Shown here: positions 1-11,750 of the stretch, piece after piece | Layout of the letters: every line of letters starts with the position of its first letter | Numbering within the stretch: the first letter of the stretch is position 1 | Notes under the pieces: model-generated | The model's input: only the letters and a program-made list of their open reading frames with translations | Told to the model about the DNA's origin: nothing | Database searches by the model: none | Program-made: the position numbers and the translations under genes | Source of the DNA: Klebsormidium nitens | Taxonomy: Eukaryota > Plantae > Klebsormidiophyceae | Direction of reading: 5' to 3' | DNA: 64,000 bases | Assembly: GCA_000708835.1 (NCBI GenBank) | Contig: DF236958.1 | Coordinates: forward strand, 62,001-126,000

Positions 1-3000
1 CTGAGGAGCAAATTGGCAAGGAGGGGCCCAGAGGGGATGCGCCTCTCTCAGAGGAGCAGAGACTGAGGATTGAGGTGAACAAGGCGTCTGCTTTAGCGAA
101 GCTGGCGCAAAGGAAGGCGGAGGACGTTGTGGCTGCTGCACATGGTGAGGTCATCAAGTGGAATCAAAGGATCCTGGTGGAATGCATGCTACGTATAGTG
201 GAGGCGTACTACGCAAACTCCATCCAGAGGTGATAAGTTGGTGCATATGACACAGGGCGATGGTGATGCTTGGTTGCAACTTTGTCAAATGTGCGCAAAT
301 TGTGTAAAGTGAGATCTTTTGGATTGCAGAACAAAACCAGTGGCTTTGCCCCTACCGCAACCTGCTTGCCTCCATAAGCGAGCAGTTCTTTTCGAGCTTA
401 GCTTCCTAGGGAAAGCAGATCTGGAAGTTCGTAAAGCTGAGCACCTTGTTGCTTTAAACCCTCTCACACAAAGCATCTCAGACATGTTTGATTGGGAAAG
501 CCAAGTGTTCAAGCTTCGGCCTTTAGCAAGCTTTTTGTCTTATCTTTCTCAAGTACTCAAGCTTTGAACCGGTCGAGCGAATTGGATTGTGCAAAGCTAT
601 ATGACCTCAAGTAGAGTCTGCTATCAACATTGGCAACCGGATGAGTAGGCTGCTTACTTTCCGTCTCTCTCTTGTTTGTGCAGCAAGGGGCGAAGCGCTC
701 CCCCGACTCGCTGACCTATTCTTAGACTCATCCTGGTTGGCGGCCCTCCCTGGAGAATTAGAGAAGGCGTATTTTGCGAACTTGGAGAAGTTTGTGAGTC
801 AAGAAGTTTCAGGGAAGGTGCCAGTGTTTCCCCCCCAAGCCAGCATCTTCCGGGCATTTAACACCTGTCCATTTGATAGGGTGAAGGTGGTGATTCTGGG
901 ACAGGTAAGGATAGGCGATTGTACTTGCCTATGTTACGTTAGCCACCGTCATAAGCTGCCACTGTCTTCCCCTATGCGCCAGGAAAGTGTTCAACGGAAT
1001 GTGATGCAACGAGCGCAAAAAGCCATGACCTTTTTTCCATAGAAGGCTCCATTATTGTGTTCAAACAACTCAACAATCTTGGGGCAGCGCATTGGGCATG
1101 TCAAAGACTCGAAGAATGCAACCCTGCCGTTGCTATGCTCAGGTATGACGAAAGTCAGCTCCACGTTGACTACGTTGAAAGTCAGCTGCTGCTCCATGCG
1201 TATTCCAGTCGCAGGCGAGCTGACAAACAAAATTATGACGCTCGATTGTATCTCCCCTCTGAACAACATCTGTGGTTCTACCTTTTTTTCAGGACCCATA
1301 CCATGGCCCCGGCCAAGCAATGGGCCTCTCGTTCTCGGTCCCAGCGGGGGTCCGCATCCCGTCCAGCCTGCAGAACATCTTCAAGGAGCTGCAGGACGAT
1401 CTTGGGTGTACGATACCGCAGAGCGGCGATCTCCAAAAGTGGGCGTCACAGGTACGAGCCGGATGTTCGTAAAATGTACTAGCATTGCAAAAGGTCCTGT
1501 CATGGTGCACCGTCGAGCAAGCTTCGATACGGGGTTAAGTGCTCCATTTCGAGACGAGTTGGCGTTGTCTCACGAAATCAAGGAAACTCTGCACTTGAAC
1601 AACGTCCAATCTACAGAACGACCTTGATGTACTGCGGATTCTCGCTATCCTCCCGTCCAGAAATTTGAGAAGCTCAGGTCCAAGTTGGTTCCTTCCCAAA
1701 AAGGGCAAGTTGGTTTTCTTGTGATCTTGCATTCATACTTGATTACATCATGTTTCCTTCTTGTCGAATGGCTTTTGCGAAGCCCGCTTTCTTGTCTTCT
1801 ATGAGCAGACTCGATAGCAAGACTTTCTCGCTCCTGTTAAAAAATGACAAGCGGATGGCGTTTCCGAAACTGGTCGAAGTCGACGACTCACGGCCTGCAT
1901 TCCTCTTTTGCAAACACCAGGGCAGTTTTCTGCCAAAAAAGAATCACGATTTGAAGACACGCATCACCTCGGATGATCCCGGGACAATCCATCATGCAGA
2001 TAAACTGTTTTATATGACTCGTCCAACAGCGCAGCAACAGCAGGCCAGCTTGGATGCAAAAGGACGCCGCAGTAGAACACTTGCCCTTCCCTTGATGTTC
2101 CAAATCCAAACTCGGCCATCAGCAACTCTATCGTGAAACACTCTCCATCTGCAGGGCGTGCTGTTGCTGAATACAGTCTTGACGGTGCGGCAAGGGCAGG
2201 CCAACTCGCACGCCAAGCGCGGGTGGGAGCTGTTCACCGACGCTGCGATCAGGGCGCTCTCCAAGCAGCGAAAGGGCGTCGTGTTTCTGCTCTGGGGCCG
2301 ACCCGCACAGGAAAAGCTCAGGTACGGAAACTGTACGGTTTCGCTTGTAGGCCTTTGATTTCAAACCGTCAGCTCGAAGCCATTAGTATGTAGACGTTTT
2401 CCTCATCAGCGAAAGCGACGCTGCACACCGCGCGCCATAGTCGTGCATGACCGACGGACAAAATGCCGAACTATGAGAGCTTCCGCACAAGCTTCTACCA
2501 CAATCTTCATACTTTCTCGAGATGATGCTTTGCGACCGACCAAATGAATCCACGCCAGTAGCTTTTGTTCCGTACCCATCTTGGATCGAATTGTAGTTCG
2601 AAATGGAGTGTTCCCGAGAGCATAAGGAAGACTAACGAAGGGCTCAGAGTCCTTCAATCTACCTTCTCAGCTTCTGGTCAACGGTTTTTCGTGAAGTGGC
2701 GTGGTGGAAGTCGTGCTCTGGCGATCATCGAACGCCTTCACTACAATAACAAAACTTGCCATCGACCATCACAGTCGCGCTTTCTTGACGGATTTTCTCT
2801 ACTGACATTTGTCCCTGCGCCCGCCAGTTCTAGGTCGAGCTTCCGTCGACTCAAAGATCTGCTTTTTCCGTCTCCTGTGCTTTGAGATCAGGAGAGGTCT
2901 TATCTTTTCCCGTTAAGTCTTGAATCCTGATTTCGTCTTCTCCCTCCCTACAGACTGATCGACGCTACGTCGCACCACGTCCTGAAGTGCGCGCATCCAT

Positions 3001-3643
3001 CGGGACTGTCTGCACATCGGGGCTTCTTTGGCTGCAAGTGAGTTCCGATCGAGAACATCTTTTAGAAATGTTCCTGCTTTGCTTCCGTTGCAATCAACTT
3101 GCTCCAATATTAACAACACATCAATAAGATGTGCCTTAGACACCATGACTGTCTGGCCACTTCAGTCGCTAGACGCGTCAAGTTGACATCCGTTCCGGAG
3201 GTGGATGTCTTTTCATTTGTTGTTGGCGAATATTTCGACACCTCCTTTTGTGACCGAAACCTAGCCCGTTCGAATCCGAGACTCACAAATGCAGCCACAG
3301 GAATCTCGCGTCTGCACTCTAGCCCTCACTTGAGTTCATAGACCTTAGAACCCAAAAAGTGGCGAGATTTCAATGATGCACGCCGACACAGTTACTCGAA
3401 AAACAACTAGTGCATCAAACCTACAACGTTAGCCGAACGCCTCTTGCAGACCTTCTTCTCACGCTTTCTTTGTATTACTCGCTTGTGCTTCTTGAGAACT
3501 CGTAAGGTTCTCTATGTCGAGCTTACTATACCCGACTAATAAGAAAATAATAATAATTATAATCGGCTCCTTGCAGGCACTTTTCTCAAACGAACAAGAT
3601 TCTGCATGACGCGGGCCAGCTTCCCATCGATTGGCAACTCTGA
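1..3643 (+). CDS. UNG: Uracil-DNA glycosylase, family 1; 5' end outside window; 6 exons seen
   Basis: Exons <1-144, 684-904, 1293-1451, 2155-2321, 2954-3037 and 3577-3643 have GT-AG junctions and compatible phases. The spliced protein has the N-terminal [20 protein letters not shown] segment (like the RPA-binding region of eukaryotic UNG), catalytic VILGQ|[42 protein letters not shown] and the terminal PIDWQL*. Confidence 0.97.
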
Positions 3644-5350
3644 AGTAGGGATACACTATTCGAGGAAGGAATCTGTTGAGGTTGAATCGTTGTTGCACAA
3701 GCAGAGCTTGGGCATCCGCGAGTCTCTCACGCTCTGCACGACCGCTTGCTGTTTCGCTCAACAAATCCCAATGTTCCTTAAACGCACGCTTCTGTTCTAC
3801 CTAGATTGGCTAGAGGAGCGGTTTCTGACGATCAGCGGCTTGAACATAATGGCAAGCGTAGGATAATTTGCAATTGATCAAAACATCCCTGTGAGACTGA
3901 TCCTTGGCATCGCTTTGCGCTTTCCACTGCATCATACTCGTTGGCGGCTGAAGGCAAACCAGCTTCTTACGTGAACGGGACACTTGTGTGTGGTGAAGCA
4001 GAATTGCGCAAACATCTGGTGTGTGCGTGTCGAAAGGTGTATCGATCATGCGTTCTCCTTCCACCCTCGGGTTGAAATCACCCGGAAGATGGTCGAGCGG
4101 GCACATGTTTTATCTGCTCATCAATTTTGCATGGTTGGACCCTCATATAAATGACAACGTGGAGCATCAATGCACTGCGAACGTACATCAGTATTTATTA
4201 TTATTGACTGGTCAAAGATTGGATCTGCATGACCGTACCTGCATGAGCCTGAGTCTTGACATGTCGAAGAAATTCGCAACACCCTTTGTATGATGTTTAG
4301 CTCGCGTACGTGTGCCCATGTGATCAAATGTAGTGCATTGTCTGGCACAGCCTATAGTGCCCGGCCTGGCGGCTGGGTGACCACACAGTGGCCATAAAAT
4401 TTGAACACTAAACCTCGGCGCTATCACATGTGTGAGTTACGCACAAAGGCTCCGGCCTCCTGCATGTGTATACGACGGTACAACCCATTTACAAATGAAA
4501 AACGAGCATTCGGGCGCGTAACCACTGAATGCAAAGCGTACGAAAACAACGGTACGCAGTTATTCGTATACTACCTGACGCTGAGGTTCAATGATCGATC
4601 TGATCTCGATCTGAGTTTGTCATATATCTTCGACTCAATCTGCAGGATAAGTATGCGATAGGAAAGCATCCTACACTTAATTGCTTTGCATCAAGAGCGA
4701 GTTTAGTGTATAGAAATACAAATAGAGACAATCGTCGACTCTAGCCGACCACGGCTCCGAACCGACGTCAAATCAACTAAATCATATAGATATTCTTAGG
4801 TTAATTGAGAATGCTATCTTATCGTCGGCCGGATACCTGGAGCTAGCGCTGCCGCACCATGCGGGACCCTCTATAGACTTTCGCAAACTGCTCTAATTGA
4901 CACGAGTATGACTGCGCAAATGACAATTGTACTTGCCCTGCGAGATAGCATAAACATTGGTTTCTTGAAATATTGGAAGTTTGACGTTCACGCGAAAGCC
5001 ATGCGCTTTTTGAGTCGAACAAGCATACCACATCCTGGATCTGCGGAACTACGAATCAATCCTGTTTCAAATCAAAATGATTAGTAAAGGCAACACAAAC
5101 GTACATATCGGAGAGAGCCAGACGGGACGCAATGGCCAAACTGGTTATCCTCAACTGTGGTTCATCAAGTGGGCAATCCATCAACTTTATATCATACAAT
5201 GGCGCTCAATATCAACGAAGCGAAGCAGATATATTGCCTCTGAAATAGAGGTCTGAGAGGATAGCACGCTGACGGAAAGCGCTCCAGACACAAGGAAATA
5301 CACAGAGGAAGAAACTGCTTCTCGTGTTCAACCACAAGGTCGGGAAGCGC

Positions 5351-8300
5351 TCACCTTTCGTGCCCGGTCGAAGCGCCTGTCACCGGTTCGTTCCCCTGTG
5401 CTGAACCGTCGGCTTTTTCCGCGGTTCCCGGGGGCTCCGTTTCCGGGGGGCTTTTCCCCATTCCGCTTGCCGGAACGGGCGCTGGGGATTCATCGTACAG
5501 CAGCCCCTCGAGCGTCGCCGCCCAGGGGTTTGGAACCGGGTCGCGCGCGCGCGCTGACGCCAGCGATGACGCATTCATCGCCGGCATGTTAGCGGTGCGG
5601 AAGGGGATGCGCGCGTACGTGGGCGCGGACGTGTTGGCGTATCGGGTTTTGTTGGGAGCGTTTAGGTTAGGGAAGGAGGTTTGGGGTTTGGGCAGGGTTA
5701 GCGAGCCGTCGGCCATCGCGGAGCAGTTGAGGCGCGCGAAGCCGAATAGCTGATGCGCGCGGTCATAGGTTACGAGCAGGTTGTGGACGCTTATGCCTGC
5801 ATGGAGATCGAAGCCTCGAAGCTGATTTCTCGGTTGCCAGTAGAATCTCAGGGTTGCGAACGGAGTGCGAGTTGACCACGTACGTCTTTCCGAAAAAGAA
5901 GAGAGTCATTCTGACGTTCAGAAGAGGTTAAGAGGCCGCAATCAACCGACCGAAAGTGCTGCAGAGATACGAAGGTGACAGATAAAAGAACGGGAAGGGG
6001 TTCATCGTGCTGAAATTCTCCAATTGCGGATGCACCTGTCAGAGTGAAGGACGAAAGGTGTCACGTTTCTTACCCCCGATCGTTGCTCCGTGCTGCCCGC
6101 TGGAAAAGATGCCAAGACAATAGGCGCCGCCCAAGCTGGGGTGCTGCAAGAAACACAAAAAGAGAAAGAAGCTCGGAGTTCCAGCTTTGCTAGTCTTGAT
6201 TCGGGGGGGTAGTAGCGAACATCCTTAGGAACGTCACGATCCGGCACAGGAATCGTAACGAGGCACGCTGTCCGTGACTTCCAAGTGGAATCGCTCTTGA
6301 CAACGAGTCAGAAGACGCGAACCGCTGCAAAGTCCTTTACGAAACACGCGCAATCCAGCGTTCCGGTCTCTCCGATCCCTCGTGGCGGTGAGAAGCATCC
6401 CTTTCGTTTCGATTTTAAAAGTAAGTGGGCCTGTGTTATCTAGGCTGCGGATCCTTCTGATAAGTGGTGCGACGGATGAACGAAGCTCGACCGACAAGAC
6501 GGAACATCGAATAAAGTATAAAGAACACATCTCAATGAACGACACGATTTGGACCAGTATCGGAAGTTCTTGTTGCACCTTGAAGAGGTAGTTGTCCGGC
6601 GGAAGCTCCACCACAACTCCATTTGCGAAGACGAAGCCCATGGTGGGAAAGGGCGAGGAGGGGCCTATCAAACTCCTGCTCGGAAAAGCGAACGGATTAA
6701 AAACGATTGCATCGCTTTTTCTTGTTTATGTCTGTTCCTTCAAGCACTTGACTACTGCTAAGCGCTCTCTCTCCCGGGGATTGCAATGCACGAATTGTGT
6801 TCAAAATAGAGAAGTCGGACAGGGTTTTGCAGAATGTACGAAGAGACAAAGCAAACCCAAAGCCAAAGGATTCAAGCAACTGCGCATCTCATCAGAACAG
6901 ATTGCGGTATTCAATTGAGACCCGAACTGTCTAGACGCAGGCTGTGTAACGCGACTTACGTCACTTTTCCCCAGCACGCAGCTGACAGGCTCCGCTTCGG
7001 CACCGGCACGAGCGAAAGTGGAATGGCTTGAAGGAGCTGCGGAAAGCGGAATTTTTGATGTTCAGTTATTTAGACTGGTTCAGAAGAGTTCAGGACTCCA
7101 GGTCCGCTCCATCTGAGAACTTGAACGAAAGCAAAGCCAAAGCAGCTGGTAGGCAAAGGCGAGCAAATTCCTGGGAAAAGTCAGAGAAGACCATTTGGGA
7201 GCAGCGATCGGAGTTTTAAAGATTGGAATATAAGACTAGTAGCGGGTTTGAGTCTCAACCAGGGGTTTGATTGACTAACCCGGGCCACCAGGGGGCCATA
7301 CAACACGGAGGGGAGGTAAGTGTACGTGGTTCCGCTGTCGACCATCGCGGTGACCGGAACGGACCCGGAATCCAAGCTGACGGCGGAACCGCCCACCTGG
7401 AGTCCGTAGACGTCCGCAAAGTACATCGATTCCATACTGCAGAATCAACCATTCACGTCGTACGTCAGCGGTCTGCAATGACGTCATCCTATGCGGAAAA
7501 GGGAATTTGAAGGAGACAGAGCAGTGTCTGCAGTGGCAACGATCTGCTGGAATGTTCGGCTGAGAAAGTTCAAATGGCGACTGATCGCTCTTCCAGGCAC
7601 TCATCTCAAGAGTGAATCTTTACGTACGAGGAAGAAAGTTCGTGAAATAAATTAAGACGTCTTGTAAACAGAGACTCTCAGGAAGACAAACTCAGAGCGG
7701 ACTCTGAGGAGAGTCTGGGAAAGCACTTCGAGGCCTTGAGCTTTAGATAGTCTCGAAAAGCAGTTAAGTAATATAGGCACTATGGACATCCCCCCACGTC
7801 ACCCCACCCCTCAGACATTGACGAATACCGACCCCTTCACCATTGATTTCAAGGAAGATAATGGCAAGCCGAGACGATAATGAGGTAACCGCACTGGGAT
7901 GGGTAGGGTTACTTTGGTGGTTCGGGTGGGTTTGGGTGCGGAGCAGGTACCTATTTGGGTTAGGGTTTTTAGTGTTAGTCGGAGCTTATTACTATCTTGG
8001 CATATTAGTATCTTTCTTGAGAATGAACCGTTTACCGACCTTGTTTGCGGCAGCATCGGCACCCAAACGGTGCCCGGTAGGACGCCGACCGAGCCAAAAA
8101 CCATTGCGCCTCCGCCCTCGACGCCCCCGAAGCAGAGCGAAAACGCGTCCTCTACCGCGCGCTGCTGCGCCAACTGAGCGATTATAGAACCGGGTCCCCG
8201 CCCCAGACCGATGATACCGTCGGCCGCCTGAGTGTAGAGGAGACCCGTTTCTCGAGTCTCGCACCTGGAGGGAGGGGGAGAAGATTTGACTTCAAAACGA

Positions 8301-10681
8301 GAAAAATGAGTACCGGAACCTGACAAGTTTTGTATGTCTGAGTGCTCAATCAGGATGCTCACAAAACAGGATTCGCAGGAATCTAACATCTTTGGTACAC
8401 CTGAGGGCTCATTCTACCGCCAGAACTCAGCCAGTCCAGGTGTCAGTCACTGTCCGGCGATGTTTGACCTAGAATCTTCTATCGAAATCTCCTATTGCAG
8501 TCCGTCCTGTCTTTCAAGCTTTGAGCAGAATTCTTGACAGACTTGAACTTTTAAAGATATCAATACTGAAAGTACACTCTTACCCAAACATGATTTTCGA
8601 AGCGCCCGTAACGCCAGGCAACCAGAGAACGTCAATCGCGACCGTTCCCGATGTGCTGCTTCCCTCCGAGTAGTGCTGCTGATACAGGCAAGGGCTGTCG
8701 GGGGACGGACACGTGGCGGGCGTGGAACCCGCACACGTCGCGGCGGAGCAGAGCAAAAGTGAATACGTAGAAGATGCCCCGTGGTCATATGGAGGGCTCT
8801 GGAAAAGGAAAATGAAGGTTGAGTACCGTAGCTTATGATAGCGGAGAGAAATTGCAAACGCTGAAAAGCTTTCGTTTGCAGGGGCAGCTACTTATGAGCG
8901 GATACATTCGCAAGGCGCTTGGCACGACATTGTTGGTGACACGTGCTTTTGAGTGGTGAACATGCGTGTGGCGCGAGCGCGAGGTTTGTCGAACGTATGC
9001 AAAGTTTCAGGAGGGGCTTAGACCCGAATCGATAGCGTCGGAACACTTCGCGAGCGGCAAACATTATTGATTGGCGTGGGCTCCGTCAGATCTCCTGCCC
9101 GGTGCTCAGGCCTCCACGGATCGAAAGGGGGAGGAAAGGGAGTAAAGAGGAGCTTTGAATGTGAACAGGTGCAAGGACAAGGAGCAGGGAGCGAAATGGC
9201 CAGAGTCGCAGGCACTGGGAGCTTATGCGAGTCGGTGACCTTTCTCAAAGCTCGCTTTGTATATCCCAATGTGAACATCGAACTGAAGCTTTCAGCACGC
9301 GCACCTAAATGGACAGACTCCAGCCGCCGTCCGCACTTCTTTGCCTTCTTCTGTATCACCCACGGCAGCTTGGCGTCGAGGTATACAACAGAGTGTTTAT
9401 CAAATTGAACCAGAGTCGGGAGCACGATAAAGGAAAACGAATGGCGGAAAACCAATTTGTTCAGAAGGAAAGCGGAATTCAAAATTCAGTGTAGCCCACC
9501 TCGTGACCCCTCCCACAGCTGACGCACTCCTTCGCTGGTACGTACATGATCGCACTCCCAGTGTCTACAATCATTTGGAACCGCTGCGGGGGGGTGCCGA
9601 GTGCGATCTCCGCAAAGTAATAACCCAGAGGAATTGTCGACCCACCCAGGGCGATTTTGGACGAGCTGATCAAAGCGCGCCTTGCCGCGTCAGCTGCCAG
9701 AAGATGCTCATGGTCTAGGCTCGAGAAGGGGGATATCGTTCCAGGGGGGGAGGGACTGTGTACGGAAGTGGGGGGGGGTGGGCGCTCGGTTTTGGCCCGG
9801 TGTGTGAGGCGCACGATTGGAGAAGCTTCGGCTTCTTCTAGCGCCTTGTTATGCTCAAAGGGACTGACAGTTTGACTTGGATCACGATTTTCTTTTGATG
9901 CTGGCACCGCCGCTCTAGAAGAATCAGCACCACGGTTGTGAAAGTCTGAACCTTTCGTACTGAAGGCTCTCTCGATCGATCCGTCCTCTCCCTTCATGTT
10001 GCTCTCCTCATCTCCCAGAAGACCCTCATCGACCCTCTCCTCAACTGACGCTGTTTCAGAATCGGTGTCCAGCCGTTTCAGCTCCAGCTGACGGTCCAGC
10101 AACCTCCTTCTACTCCAGTCAAAGAACGAGAATGATGCGGATGCAATCCGCCCTGCATCGGTGTCGATTCTGACTGCAATTTGTCCGCCCCAGCGAAGAT
10201 CAATCAGTTCAGGAATCTCGTAGCTCAGGTCTGTGGGCTTATTCTGTAAATGTTTGACACCGCCATCCATGTAGATGTACCCATCGCTGGTATTCGCAAA
10301 GCAGTGTGTCAAATGAGCAGCAGATCCGGTGTCTTGTTGTTGAGAGGGGCTTGATGTCGAGGCGGCTGCAGCTTGCTGGTGGCTGGAATCTTGCAACACC
10401 TGACTGCTCTTGTTTGCTGACGTTTGCCTAAGAACAACCCCAGATGTGCGCAATGTCAGCCCAACGCTATAATCTCCCTGATCCATCGTTGACAACACTG
10501 AAGAACGACGAGCGATCTCGTTTGCAGCCTCTCTTGCTTCCCACTCAGCACCTACCGCTCCCCCACTTTCCCTGGCTTTTGCTTCGGAGTCTTCTCCCCC
10601 TTTTGAAAGCCCTGCCAATCCAAGCTTGACAGCTGGCGCCCCAACCACCGCCACTGGCAAGCAAACCACCAGGAGAAACAT
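5351..10681 (-). CDS. Secreted aspartic protease, pepsin family A1 (plant A1B/atypical type), about 822 aa, 8 exons
   Basis: Exons 10681-9500, 8798-8584, 8264-8040, 7436-7280, 7036-6960, 6675-6579, 6143-6074 and 5796-5351 join in frame. Features: signal-peptide-like MFLLVVCLPVAVVGA, YYFAEIALGTPPQRFQMIVDTGS (Asp 1), IMFGCETRETG..ADGIIGLG, AMVDSGTTYTYLP (Asp 2), LPPDNYLF, YCLGIF and VTYDRAHQLFGFARLNC. The stop overlaps a consensus donor (AG|GTGAG at 5354), so one more 3' exon is possible. Confidence 0.93.
7882..7987 (+). mobile_element. Short G-rich dispersed repeat (MITE-like family), copy in an aspartic protease intron
   Basis: Aligns without gaps to 28447-28552 at 82/106 identical positions (manual count). 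Confidence 0.65.
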
Positions 10682-11147
10682 CGCTTTGAACCGGGGATCT
10701 TGCCATGACGTCAGCCTTACGCCTCTGCACGTCTCCCTCTGTGAGCAGCCCGCAGAGGGACCCATTCTAGTTGTTTTGCCCCTGGCTGCGCATTGCCGAA
10801 AGCACCACTTGCTTCCCTTCTCAAAGATGTAGACAGTGTCGACCGTTCACTTAGAGGTCCGAGATGATAACACTTGGTGATTCTAGTCCTGTGAGCGCCC
10901 TGTTGTTGATCAGATCTATCACGCAGGCATCCAAAATGTCATCCACAGTGATTAGCCCTTGATTAGCGCATATTCTAATCCCGAAAGTCTCGTTCTTTTA
11001 GGATTGCACTGCAAAAGAGGTACAGTTCTGAGAAGAACGAATGCCCTGAACAACAATGCCGTTGATCATGAAGGGCCCAGCCCGACATGCTAATTCCTGG
11101 TGGTTAGCACGGCTTGTTCACACTTGCTGTAAGTCTTTAAATCTTCT

Positions 11148-11678
11148 TCAGAAGGAGGACAATTCCATTATCGCGTTTCTTTTGTCCTGCAAAAAGTTTG
11201 GCGGATCTGCGGGTCGGCAAGAGATCGACCCTGAAGTGAAGTACACGTCCAGGTGGCAGAACGAACACTCTGCACCATCCTGGCGATCACGATTCACATC
11301 ATGCATCATGGACCTGAATCTTGCCAAGGCGCTGGTGAGCGTCAAAACCCTAATTTTTCCGCGCTGATCTGAGCCGTCGTTCTGCTCAAGCAGTTGCATC
11401 GGACGGCCTAAATTTGTTAGAAATAGACCACGTGGTTCATTGCACCTGGTGATGACATGCGCTTGTGTGAAAGTGCATGATGATTGGAGGGAGCGCGCCC
11501 TGCTTCTTTGCTCTTTACTGAACACTTTCAAGAAAGCTTCTGCTGCTTCACAGTAAAGTCGCAGATCAGGCATTTCATGGAAGAAGGGCGCAATGCGCAT
11601 TACTCGGTTCAAAATCAGCTCAAAATCAGGAAGGTCTTCATATCTATCCATGTCGATTGCAGGGAAGCTTTCGAAATC
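11148..11678 (-). CDS. Hypothetical 177-aa ORF between two divergent genes; could be a gene, a uORF or a relic
   Basis: Open frame MDFESFPAIDMDRYEDLPDFELILNRVMRIAPFF...; composition looks globular, but no motif was recognised and no splice model was found. Confidence 0.3.
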   Translation of the reverse strand, partial: DFESFPAIDMDRYEDLPDFELILNRVMRIAPFFHEMPDLRLYCEAAEAFLKVFSKEQRSRARSLQSSCTFTQAHVITRCNEPRGLFLTNLGRPMQLLEQNDGSDQRGKIRVLTLTSALARFRSMMHDVNRDRQDGAECSFCHLDVYFTSGSISCRPADPPNFLQDKRNAIMELSSF

Positions 11679-11750
11679 CATGGAAGTGCTCTGATGAGCT
11701 AGAGAGCGAGTCCCATTGATCTTTCTTTCTTCAGTTCGCCGTGAGCAGCC

